64,000 nucleotides of DNA from Octopus vulgaris (Eukaryota), in contig OX597819.1 of NCBI GenBank assembly GCA_951406725.2, positions 41,912,001-41,976,000 of the forward strand. The letters run 5' to 3'. The stretch's first letter is position 1. Each line of letters begins with the position of its first letter. The position numbers were made by a program, and so were the translations under genes. Shown piece by piece: positions 1 through 13,121 of the stretch. The notes beneath the pieces were generated by a model, which searched no databases, was not told the origin of the DNA, and worked only from the letters and a program-made list of their open reading frames with translations.

Positions 1-3000
1 GAAATATACAAATACTTGAAAACAGGTGAGAGTTGGCAACAGGAAGGGCACCCAGTCATAAAAAAAAATCTGCCTCAACATATTTCATCTGACTCATGCT
101 AACATAAAAAAAGAACATTAAAACAATGGTTTTGAAATACATAACAGAACATAGCCACATGAGGTTTGTGGGACGTCTCATTATTCAAAAGAAAATAGAG
201 ATGTCAATAACAAAACAAAAAAAAAAATCAAAACAAATCAAATTTCATTCCAATACTTTATTTTTCATTCTTTAAATTCCATTTTTTTTCCTTTTCCAAC
301 AGAAAAACCATTTTAAGAAAGAGGAGTTATTCATATATGATAACAATGTCTCAAGCTACAATGGTTCATAAAGGTGCTTAGCTCTGAATTCTGTAGCATT
401 ATGTAAATAAAATGTGTCTCCCTTTGAATAAGAAATTAGTCTATCTCAGGTAACAATTCCTGAACATCAACTAGTACCACCTATTCCAACTGGGTCGAAC
501 TGAGGCACATAACATTAGTGTCCTATCCAAAGACACAAAATACTTGCTGCATGAGCAGGTAGGCAGTTCAATAACTTAATTATTCACTTGGTGATTTCAT
601 GTCTACAGATGACAACAGCAATGGGTGAGGAAAAAAATGAGTGTCATGTTGGTGCAAAAAGGGAAATAACTGACAAACATTCTTTTCTCAAATTAAGTTT
701 TAATATTTCCTTTGAAGAGTGGATTATGAGGAAAATGGAAAAAGAAACAAAAAAAGAAAGAAAAAAGCCAAAGGGAAAGAAGTAAAAATCTTTCCTTTTT
801 TTTAAATTTCAAAAGGAACGGCAAATAGATAATAAGACTGGTTTCTTTCAAAATAAAATCTTTGGAATAAATCATGAAATAACAACCCAATTTTCATTCT
901 AAGAAAAGAAAGATAATGAAAAACAAATTAGGATATACATAAGAAACTCTTTATAATATTACTTTTACTAACAAAAAACAACAATGGGAGGAAAGAATAA
1001 ATATAAAAATATACAGACAACAAAAAATATTTTATATACATCCAATATATATAATTATTACAGGTTGTGCTTCTGCAGGAGAAATTTATAAATATATTTC
1101 TTTATAAACTGAATGATTTGATAGTGTATGCAATTATACAGCTTCACATTTAACAAACAGAAACCAAAAGAAAAAAAAAAGGTGCAGTTACCTGCTTTGA
1201 ATACAATAATACACAAGGATATTACAATGAGGAAAATTTTAAAACAAGTGGCTCTAACCAAGTAGAGGTATGAAAGGAGGAGAGAGAAGTCTGGCAGCTA
1301 GATACATTTCCATGAACAATAATTGTAAGGAACATGGAAAGTTGTAAGAATAATACAAAACTATTTCAAAGAAAAAAATAGAACTTAAAGAAAGTGAACA
1401 TAAATTCGTACTTTGGATTAACAAGGTAACTTTGTTTTTCAAACAAGGTGATGGAGGAAAAAATGTGATGGCAAAATAGCTAAGAAGTTATAAAATCTGG
1501 AATCCGAGAAAACCTGTAATGGTCTGCATCGGTAACAATAAGTTCACAGAAGAAAGTATGGTTACTGTAAAGAGTGTAGAATCCAATGCTTCATGTTGTT
1601 ACCCTTTGTCTAAGAGTGAGGAAGGCAGAGTGAATAGAAGTACTGCTTAGGTCAGAGGTATATAAATGAAGAAGGAATTGTAGCAGGAGGAAGATCAAGA
1701 TAGAGAGAAATAGAGTAATAGGGTGACTAGTTACAGGCTCTTTTCAACTTCAATTCTTGAATTTGCAGTTCTTTCACTTCATTCATCTGACTTCTGGCCC
1801 CCTCACAGCACCTCTCTTTCCACTCTCCCTATAACCCACATCTTTCCACTCCTATTTATTTACCTTACAGGCCAGGTAACAACAGACCAACAGCAACACT
1901 TTGTTTTGTCTCTTCCATTTTTGGACAAAGGTCTGAAATATCAGATTCTACAGTTTTGTAGGTGCCAATTATCTTTCAACAACAATAAATTCCAGTATAA
2001 ACCACACACATACACACTCATATATTTGAATATATCTATGTATGTATATGTTTCTGTATGCACGCACACACATATACATACGCATGCACACAACACAAAC
2101 GCCCATGCTTGTGTATATTTATATATTGATAACATAGTTGAATTTTTAGATAGGAATACATGAGTAACAACTGTATCTACATACTTTATTTCCATTACAA
2201 ATATTCAAAACTACATTTTATTCTAAAATGGTCCCATTTATTTTCATTTAAGAAATCAGATTTTTCTAAAATGATACAAGACAGAAAATATCCAACAGAT
2301 TATTTACTCAACTATAACGTATGCAACATTTCCTTGTTACTATCTAATATTCACCATTAATACTGTCCACAAAATTTTGTTTTGTTTTTTCTATTAACTA
2401 ATGACTTATATTTACTATCATTTTTTTTCTTTTCAAAAAAAAAAAAAGAAAAAAAAAGGGATGCATTATAAGTATTATTTATAGATGAAACCTGAGGTAT
2501 CCTGATGAGGGATCAGATCAACATTATTTGATGAAAAAAAAAAGAAATAAACAGTTATGTTTCATTTTAATTTCAATATACAATAGTCTTAAAATTTCTA
2601 AATACTTATTTTTTAAAATATTTAAATTTTCAAAGATATGTGTCTGTTTAATACATATATATAAGTATATAATAAAAAAGATTAACAACTGCAATCCATA
2701 TCCTAAAGTAAATATATTTCGATTAATTTTTTTAATATTTTAACAAAATTCTTGGATTGTCTTTAAATAAATAGTAGAGAATATTTTAACAAGAATCTAT
2801 CTGAAAAATGTTATAATAACAAATCTTTAGGTTTATATTGAGATTAAAATTTAGGATCAAAATTTTGATAGTTAACTCAGATCAAATTATGCAAATACTG
2901 TATGCAAGTAGTTTCATTGCATTAACTCTATGGAGAAAATATGGCATTAACAATTGCATTCAATCCTCAGTTATACCATAAGTCATAAAAGAAACCCAAA

Positions 3001-3103
3001 TTTGGATGTATCAAATAATTATTTTTTTTTTACCTTTTACAAATACTATAACTTCCTTTGAAGATGTGATATATATATATTTATACACACACACACACGC
3101 ACG

Positions 3104-3134
<31 letters not shown>

Positions 3135-3136
3135 CG

Positions 3137-3289
3137 TTAATCTTGTGCATTGCCAACAATAGTCAATATAAACATGAAAAGCTGAACAATATCCAAATAA
3201 AGATTCAAAGCTGCAAAAATGTATTCTTCTGGTGATATTGAGTACTTGTGGCGTCCTCCAATCATCATCTGAGTATCAAATACCAGATA
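3137..3289 (-). CDS. Lifeguard-like last coding exon (YLVFDTQMMIGGRHKYSISPEEYIFAALNLYLDIVQLFMFILTIVGNAQD*)
   Basis: TTTTCAG acceptor; TAA stop at 3139-3137; signature SPEEYIFAALNLYLD. Confidence 0.97.
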   Translation of the reverse strand, partial: YLVFDTQMMIGGRHKYSISPEEYIFAALNLYLDIVQLFMFILTIVGNAQD

Positions 3290-3611
3290 CTGAAAATAAA
3301 TACAAAGTGATATCAGTATAAAGCAACCTAACGGAAACCATCAGAATTTTTCCTGATGTGCTTCTACTCTTTACTCTATTTTACTCTTTTACTGGTTTCA
3401 GCCATTTGACTGTGGCCATGCTGGAGCACCGCCTTTAGTTAAGCAAATTGACCACAGGACTTATTTTTTGTAAGCCTAGTACTTATTCTACCGGATCTAT
3501 TTTGCTGAACCGCTAAGTTACAAGGACGTAAACACACCAGCATCGGTTGTCAAGCGATGTTGGGGGGACAAACACAGACACATAAAGACATACACACACA
3601 TACATACATAT

Positions 3612-3656
<45 letters not shown>

Positions 3657-6600
3657 CACACACACACACATATAATCGATGGGCTTCTTTCAGTTTCCAG
3701 CTACCAAATCTACTCACAAGGCTTTGGTCAGCCCGAGGCTATAGTAGAAAACACTTGCCCAAGGTGCCACGCAGTGGGACTGGACCCCGAACCATGTGGT
3801 TGGTAAGCAAACTACTCCTACATCCCTAGTAATTACAATTTATATTTAAATTGACACTGATGCACCAAGTACAGTACTTAGCCCTGCTAAGTACTGTCTT
3901 ACCAAACTAGTATGGATTAGACAAATCCATGTTACTGAAGCACTATTTTTAAAGCCTTTTCTATTGCTGACCCTTGCCTGTATTACAAAAAAAGGGAAGT
4001 TATTTTACCTATTAAACAATTTAATGTGTAAATGTAAAGTATCACGCACACACAAGGTTTGCAGATACAGTGAATTTGGCAGACAGAAACTATCGGTCTC
4101 TTTTGGCAAACTGCTAAGTTACAGAGACATAAACATACCAACAGCAGTTGTCAAGCAGTGGGGGGAGTGGTTTGACAAACACATGGAGATATCTATATAT
4201 ACATATATATTATATACATATACACACACACACACACATACAATGGGCTTCTTTCAGTTTTCATCTACCAAATCCACTCACAAGGTTTTGGTTGGCCTGA
4301 GGCTATAGTAAAGACTTGCCCAAGGTGCCACGCAGTGGGACTGAACCCCGAACCATGTGGTTTGGAAGCAAACTTCTTACCACACAGTCATGCCTGCACC
4401 TGATCAATTAATTTATCTAATAACTATATATATAATAACTATATATAATAGCTATTCATGTGCAAGAGAGACGTTTGCGCTGGTATGGTCATGTACTGCG
4501 GATGGATGAGGAGAGATGTGTGAAGAAGTGCCACTCCCATACAGTTGAAGGTATCCGGGGAAGAGGTAGACCCAGGAAGACATGGGATGAGGTAGTCAAG
4601 CATGACCTTCGAACGTTGGGCCTCACAAAGGCAATGACGAAAGACCAAGTTCTCTGGAGATATGCTGTGACTGCAAAGACCCGACAAATAATGTGAGTTC
4701 ATGGTTGCTTCCTGCACCAGTTTCGCATAGCCCCAGCCCATCCGAAGTACCTTGGATTGCAGAACGACCTGCTATGCTTACCTTGGATAGTAGGGTGACC
4801 TGCTGTGCTTCAGGAGACCTATTGAGTCAAGTATATCAACATCAAAATAAATATCAAATGGAAATTGTAGTTGTGATACCTGTGCCGGAGGCACATAAAA
4901 AGCACCATCTGAACGTGGCCAATGCCAGCACCGCCTTGACTGGCTTTTGTGCCAGTGGCACGTAAAAAGCACCAACCGATCGTGACCGCTGCCAGCCTCC
5001 CCTGGCACCTGTGCCGGTGGCAGGTAAAAAGCACCCAATACACTCACGGAGTGGTTGGTGTTAGGAAGGTAATCCAGCTGTAGAAACACTGCCAGATCAG
5101 ACTGGAGCCTGGTGCAGCCTCCTGGCTTCCCAGACCCCGGTCGAACCATCCAACCCGTGCTAGCATGGAAAATGGATGTTAAACAATGATGATGATGATG
5201 AATAACCAATTATTTTTTAAGACTGGATGCTCTTCATACTATGAAACACAAAAGGAACTTATTTGATAATGGTTATATTAAAGTTTAAATTCATTACCAA
5301 GTAGTCAGCATTCCATCATTTTAATCCCCCAGTCACTGTGTCTCATTGTAGCTACAACAAAATGCTATCATCCTCTTAAATCTTTAATGAGATGGCTGAA
5401 GTGCTCCAAGTACACACTGTAACTTTTAAAATAAAACAACAATAGAAAGGAAATTTTACTTACAAAACTGAAAAGTAGAGCTCCTAAAGCAGCATAGGCC
5501 AAAGTAGCATACTAGAAAAATAAACAAAAAAAAACAAACGTTAGAATTGTCAAAGATTCATTCAAAATAAACATATATAAACTGAAAAAGCATTGTCTTT
5601 GGTCAGTAAGTTTTATTTCCTATTTTCTAGAAATTAAAGGAAATGACTAATATTCCCTTCAAACTTAGCTTTTATGACCTGGACATCAATGTTTTGAAAC
5701 TCACTTATTTTCCATTTCATTTCAGATGGATTCAATACTGAGTTGCTCAAGCAGAAATATCATTACAGCAAATATTCTGCTCAGTGCCACAGATTTGCTG
5801 GTCAGTTGCTTGACTGTAACTAGTTGAGCATGTCCCTTAGTGGCTGATAATATGTGCATCTATGATCATGAGCAGGAATAGTGGGGGAGCATCACAGCCA
5901 TGTGCTAAGAGGAATTCTTTGGGGGTTTGAATAAATGTAACAAAAGCAAAGTTTGAAGGAAATATTAGCCATTTTCATACTTTCTAGAGGTAAGCAAATG
6001 GGAAATAACAGTTACTACCCAGGATAAAAATTGTGTTACAATGTAATTTTAAATTATTATATATTGAATCAAAACTTGCTTGCATTCTCTAAGATGACCA
6101 ACCAATGCCAGCATTAAAGGATGATGATGATGATCTAATGGTACATTATCTATCTTTTTTTGAGTACTCTCATTCTTTTAGAGACAGTCCAAGAAAAATA
6201 AATAATTTCCAATGTTCTCTTTTCTATGCTTGTATGGGTTGGGTGGAGTTCACTGAAGCAAATTTTCAATGGCTGATGCCTTTCTTGTTTCCGACTCTCA
6301 CTTGTTCTGTTCTAAGCAAAATAATGTTTCCCCATGACTAAACGCGCTTTCACAGAATGTTGAAATGAACAACACTGTTTGTATGAGTGACATTCATTTA
6401 CAATATCAAGTCAAGATGACATACACACCTATACAATGAGCTTCTTCCAGTTTTAGTGTACTAAATCCACTCACAGGGTTTTGGTCAGCTCAGGGTTATA
6501 GTAAAAGACATGCCCAAAGGATCAAGCAAAGGGACTAAACCCAAAACCACACACACACACACATATATAAGACAGGCTTCTTTCAGTTTCTGTCTACCAA

Positions 6601-9600
6601 ATCCACTGACAAGGTTTTGGTCAGTCCAAGGCTATAGTAGAAGACACGTGCCCAAGGTGCCACGAACTTGGACTGAACCCGGAACCATATGGTTGGGAAG
6701 CAAGCTTCTCACCATACAGTCACTCTTGCGCCTATAGAAACTATAATTCTATTTCTCCAACAATTTTATTTTGCTGTAAAGAAATTTTAACAAATTTCAG
6801 TTCATAACTAATTTTCTATTCATAAATGAAAATAAAAGATCTTACTCTGTTTTGAATGATTGCACAAAGGATTCCGAAGACAAAGAGCACAATTAGAAAC
6901 ACGAACAGCAGGCCTCCCATTGTCGTGAAATCCCACTGAAATAAAATATTTTTTTAAATGAGAAAAAAGTAAACAAAATTAATAAACCGAAGCAGGAAAA
7001 TATTACAAATACTGATAAAAATATTCTAAAATATACTACTGAAATGTTTAAAATTTACTTAATTCAAAATCTACAAATTTCATTATCATCAATTCATGTA
7101 CATATTCACTGCTGATGAAGGTTGAGCAGTTTGACAAGATCCAGTGAGGCCAAGGACTGCATCACAATCCAGTGTTTGCTTTGGCATGGTGATGCCCCTT
7201 CTTTATGCCAATCACTTCACAGCATGTACTGGGTGCTTTCTTCATACTACCAGTACTAGTGAAGTTGCCATTCAGCTTGCAAGACAACAAACCCTAGAGT
7301 GTAACTTTATGCAAGGAGATGAGGAGTGAAGCAAGAGTAAAAGTATGAGAGAGTAGGGCCAGAGTAGAAAAGGTTTCTTGCTGTAGAGGAGCGACATGAC
7401 TACTCATATTTTGGAAGAGAAATAGGGAATGATCAGGTGGAGCTGGAAAGTGATAAAAATAGTGGAGCAGGAGTCAGGTGGACTTCAGGGTACAAGATGG
7501 GCAGGAATAAGTGGAGCAGAGGGATTTCTGTAGTACTACATACGTTTGTCCACTTGTTTATTAGATAAATTCAGATAAATATGGTACTTAAGTTGAGGCA
7601 CCAGAATTTAGTATGGTATTATCCATACAATTTCAAAATAAGGTGATTAAAATCAAAATAAGCAACAAGGATATCCAGAGATAATGCATGGATATCCTTG
7701 TTGCTTATTTTGATATATATATCATCATATATATATATTTGGCAATATATAAATAACAAATAGTCTTATATTAATAATACACTTACTTTTGTCTGGAAGG
7801 CAAACAGTGTCAATGCAGCAGATACAAGCTAGAAAAAAAAAAGCAAATGAAAGAACATGAAGTAGTGGTAATTTTAGGACATCATTAAATGATTTCAAAC
7901 AATTTTACCAAGTGACCAAGAAGATAAAGGAAATGTGCATCTGGTTCTCCAGACATAATTGCAAAGGCATTCCACCCACAAATTTAAATTCTGACTCTAC
8001 AAGAAGAGATTAAAGTAGAACCTGTTATATTCACCAGCAACACTAATAAGACTATGTACCCTATAAGACGATTCTTATAACAAAACCAACACCACACATA
8101 CACATCTCTTGTTTCGGTCATTAGACTGTGGCCCTGCTGGGGCACTACTTCAAAAGGTTTAGTTGTACAAATTGACTCCACCCCCAGTATTTTTTTTCAA
8201 GCCCGGTACTTATTCTATTAGTTTCCTATTGCCAAATCACTAAGTTACAGGAATGTAAACAAACCAACACTAGTTGTCAAACTGTTGGCAGCAGTGGGGT
8301 AGACAAACACACGCAAGCAAATACACACACACAATGGGCTTCTTCAATTCTCATTTACCAAATCCACTGATCAGCCCAGGACTAAAGCAGAAAACACTTG
8401 CCCAAGTTTCCACACAGTGGGCCTAAATCCAGAACCACGTGGTTGGTAAGCAAACTTCTTATCACACAGCCACACCTTTATATACATAAGACAAAAACCA
8501 CAGACATCACATTAACTTTCACCCAACATATACAGGATACAACTAAAACAAACAGAAATTAAACATACAGGAAATAATTATTGGGGCAACAAACAAACTA
8601 TTGATCCATGGCACATTTATATTGACTATAGGCAACACTTAGCATACCACACTTGTCTGAAACACTATTTTCTCTTGTACCAACAATTACAAACTATCTA
8701 CATAAGGAACATCAAATCAATAGAACATGTTTTTAACAAAATTAACTATATGATTTAATTATAACTCAATGTTGTTGCTCTAATCAATTGAGGCCTTACT
8801 ACATTTCCAATCACAACAAGCATCAAGACAACACACCTAAAATTTATTGCAACAAAGAAAATTTGGTTTAGAGGTGAAAAATTATTTTTAAGAACGTCAA
8901 TATTTGTTATTCTGCCTGTATAGGATATCTTCAGCATTTGTCTCATTAATTCTATAGTTTTTAATTACTTAATTAAAGGAGGAAAAGTAGTGTCCATCAC
9001 CCCCTTTTCAGAGTTTCTAAGAAAGGAGAAATATCTTCAGACCAAAAACTGGTACAAATACTCTCAACAATCGACTGTGAGGCTGACAGACTTCAAGACA
9101 TTCTCTGTATACCAAATTTCACTCTAGATTTGGTTGGATCAGTATGGTAGAAGATCCTTGTCCATGATGTCATGTTTAGGATCAAACTCAAAACTCCATA
9201 GTTGTGGAGCAAATGACTACATAGCCATTCCTGTTTTTTTAACATAAAGAGGCAACAGGCTAAGTTTACTGTACTTCTGATGAGAAAATACAACCATAAA
9301 AACTTAGTGATAACCAAGAAAGTGAAAGGAAGGACCCAGAGAAGACATAGAGAGAAGATACTCAATGACATTAATAGAAGGCTATATAAAAACTGACCAA
9401 ATAACTTGCTAAATCTTGTATAGTACAGGAGGAGATGAAGGTCCATGATTGCTGATGTCTGTATTCATAGCACAAAAAGAAAAAATTAAGATCAATCTTA
9501 AAAGTAATACTTACTGCTGTGATACCAACAGCTATTAACACTGCATCTTGATCATAATGGCTTTAAAACAATACAAATGAGAATTTTAAGTTTTAATAAA

Positions 9601-12600
9601 TATCAAAAAAGAATATTTTGGAAACAGGATTTACTTTCAAATGTATTTTATTTCATCATTAAGATAAATAACAGTATTTAATTGGATATGTATAGCCTTC
9701 ATACTTCTTATATTTTTTTTTTCTGAGTCAATCACTGGACTGCAGCTGTGCTAGGGTTCCTCTGTCAAGTATTTCATTACAATATATTGATCCCAGTACT
9801 TTAATCAATCAATATAGATCAGATAAGTTATACTTTTTGCTTGACAACAGTTTTACACTCAGACAAATGAGCAAATCTGTAGATAACTTAACCATGCCAT
9901 GTTTTTTAATCTTAACTCAGAGATACAATGCAAATCAGAAATAAAAGTTGTTTGTTAGTTAGTTAGTTAGTTAATTTTTGGTTCAAAAAGCAAAAAGCAA
10001 GGCCATGTAGTGGGACATGGAGTTATGTACAGGGTGGTGTTCATGTAAAGAGTTCAGGCCATTTGTGGTCAAGGGAGACTTTGAACCGAGCGGTCGTCGG
10101 CATCTTCACCATCTCGTCCTGCAGCTTATTCCACGGATCCACAACCCGGACGGAGAAAGCCCCTCTCCTTCGATTGAGATGAAATCGTTGTAGATAGAGC
10201 TTTTTGGAGTGACCCCACAGCCCACGCTCTGGAGCAGGAGTGAAGAACAGCTCTTTCGAGAGGTTACACTTTCCACTTATGATGTTGTGAGCAAGAATGA
10301 GATCACCACGGCGTCATCGTTTTGTGTTAACATATTTAATGATGCAAGCATTAAGAAAACAATAATACATTTAATAAAGATTAACAAGAAATATATATTT
10401 CTAAAATAACTTTTCAAAAAATTATTCTTAAAAAATCCACCTAACCAAGAATGGTAAATAATTTTTGCTCACCTTGAAATTGCTCCAAGTAAAAATCCTT
10501 CACAAACAGTCTGGAATTCAATAAATTAAATCATTTAAATAAGCTGAAGATTTTATAACAAAAAGATTACTCATTTTTAAAATGTTTACGGATTAATCAA
10601 ATTTTTCATAGAAACAATTACGAGATAAATTAGAACCATTATTTAACGGAATTGTGGGTGAACTCAAAGGTCATTAGTTTTTGACAAATTAAAGTCAACA
10701 AATTAAAATCAATAAAATGCTTAAGGCATACTTACAAAGACACACAAAACGATGAAGTTGGTAGGAAACTGTCGTCTTATATCAGGGCAGCAAGCCAGCA
10801 TTATAAGTGTAACGAAGGTTAATACTCTAAAAGAAAACACAGAAAAGAAGTTTTACAATACATTCATGTAACTGTAAGGATATTCACAAGGATTTAAAGT
10901 ATAAAATCTTAAAAGACAAATGGTGTAAAGTGCAAAAAGGGAATCTATACAAGGATATGAAAAGTAGATATATTTCTAACAATTCCTGTCTGCAAAGTTC
11001 TTGACCAAATCTTCAATCCAGCTACCATTCCAAGTTAAACAGCTTTACTTTTATATTATAAAATTTTTTGTGAATCACAAGCATTGGCATTAGGAAGGGC
11101 ATCCAGTTGTAGAAACCATGTCACAACGAACAATTGGAGTCTGGACAGCTCATGTCAAACCATCCAACACATGCCAACATGGAAAATGGACATTAAAGAA
11201 TGATGATTACGACAGCTCAGAAATTATTACAAATACCACAAAATATTTTTTGTAGCCAACAGTCTGTAGCTTATGCCAATATACGAGGGGCGTTCAATAA
11301 GTAATGCCCCTGACCCATAGCAGTAGAGCAACGAAACTTGGCACAGTTATTAGTCTTTTTCTACATAGGAACCACCCAGAGTTACGCATTTCTCCCATCG
11401 TTTGATGCGGCTCTGGAGACCGTTTTTGTAGAAGAACCCAGCTTGGTCCTCCAACCTCAACGTGACTTCAGAAATCAAGGCTGCATCATCTGGGAAACGC
11501 TTTCCTTTCAAAAACAACTTCATGATTGGGAAGAGGTGAAAATCAGAGGGTGCAAGGTCAGGAAAGTAGGGGGGATGGGGAGGAGTTCATAGCCATACGC
11601 CTGTGCTTCTGATCTGGCGACAAGCGAGTTGTGGACCGGAGCGTTGTCCTGCAGGAGGAGGATGCCTTTGCTGATCTTGCCCCGCCTCTTGATTTTGATA
11701 ACTTCTCTTAATTTCCTCAAAAGTGAAGCATAATAGGCTCCTGCAATTGTGGTACCCTTTGCCAGGAAATCTGTCATCACTACTCCGTCCTGGTCCCAGA
11801 AGACTGAGCATGACCTTGTCAGCGGAGGGCTGCACCCTTGCCTTCTTTGGAGGGGGTGAGTCACGGTGCTTCCACTGCATTGACTGGGCTTTGGTCTCTG
11901 GATCATCGTGATGGACCCAGGTTTCATCCTGTGTAATCAGTCTTTTGAAAAATTTTGACTCATCTTCTTGGCACATCTCCAAATTCACCCTCGAGCACTC
12001 GACGCGTTCTTGCTTCTGGAAAGGCATGAGCAACCTGGGAATCCATCTGGCAGACACCTTTTGCATATGCAAATGGTCATGAATGATAGTTTCCACAGAC
12101 CCGGTACTAATCTTGACCTCATGGGCTATTTGGCGAATAATTATGCGTCGATCTTCCAAAATGGCAGCCTCAACTTGACGGACAGATGCCTCATCAATGG
12201 CAGAAGGGGCGACCAGATCTGGGAGCTGTTTCCACAGAGTTCCGACCATGTTTGAATTCACGATGCCAGCGTTTTGCAAGGTCATATGATGGGGCATAAT
12301 CCCCATAAGTTACTTTCATTTCATCAAAAGTCTCCCGTGGTGTGCGTCCTTTCCAATACAAAAACCAGATCACTGCTCGACACTCAACAGGCTCCATTTC
12401 ACACTTGACTCGGTTCAAACACCTGTAAATCAGAAACCACAATTAATTCAGAGCTGTAATTTGCCACTTACTCTATAGAGATATAAATGATTGCACATGC
12501 AAAATTTCAGCTAGATCAAACAACTGCAAGTGGGTCAGAGGCATTACTTATTGAACGTCCCTCGTAAATGCCATCTAATTTTGGTACAAAGCCAGCGATT

Positions 12601-13077
12601 TTGAGGGGAGGGAACAAGTTGATTATATCAATCCCAGTGCTCTACTGGTACTTATTTTATTAACTCCAAAAGGAGGAAAAGCAAAGTCAACCTTGACAGA
12701 GACTTAGAAATAATAACATTTCTATTTTTGAAAACCAGTGGATGTGTTCCACTGAAATTAGGTAAATAATCCTTCGAACAGATGGTCAGCAGCGACACCT
12801 GCTGGGTTTGGCTACTCTGCATTGATAAAGGGCAAATACCCCGAAACATGTCTGCAGATGCCTGACCAGCAAGGGAAAGTGGCTGACCTCCCCTGTTCAA
12901 AGGTTATAATGGACACAGGTTCATGTGTCATATAGCTAGCTAGAGGCGATGGCCTCTTGGAGCTAATCAACGGCAGCTTTAATCTTATATTTATGGACTG
13001 CCATATTAGCTTGGCGATAACTGTTAATATCCAGTACTGCTGCCGTAGTCTCCTTTAGAGAGACTTAGAAATAATAA

Positions 13078-13121
<44 letters not shown>

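Noticed and set aside
2485-2520. GAAAC...GTA..CTGATGAG hammerhead-like words
   Set aside because: Only 2 nt between the putative cleavage site and CTGATGA, so no stem I can form; no valid topology.
588-2743. Short ORFs at the left end
   Set aside because: Low-complexity AT-rich sequence downstream of the Lifeguard stop (probable 3' UTR or flank); no recognisable protein motifs.
11284-12564. SETMAR-like exonisation of the same-strand intronic mariner
   Set aside because: Transposase is frameshifted, and the host exons 3 and 4 join in phase without it.
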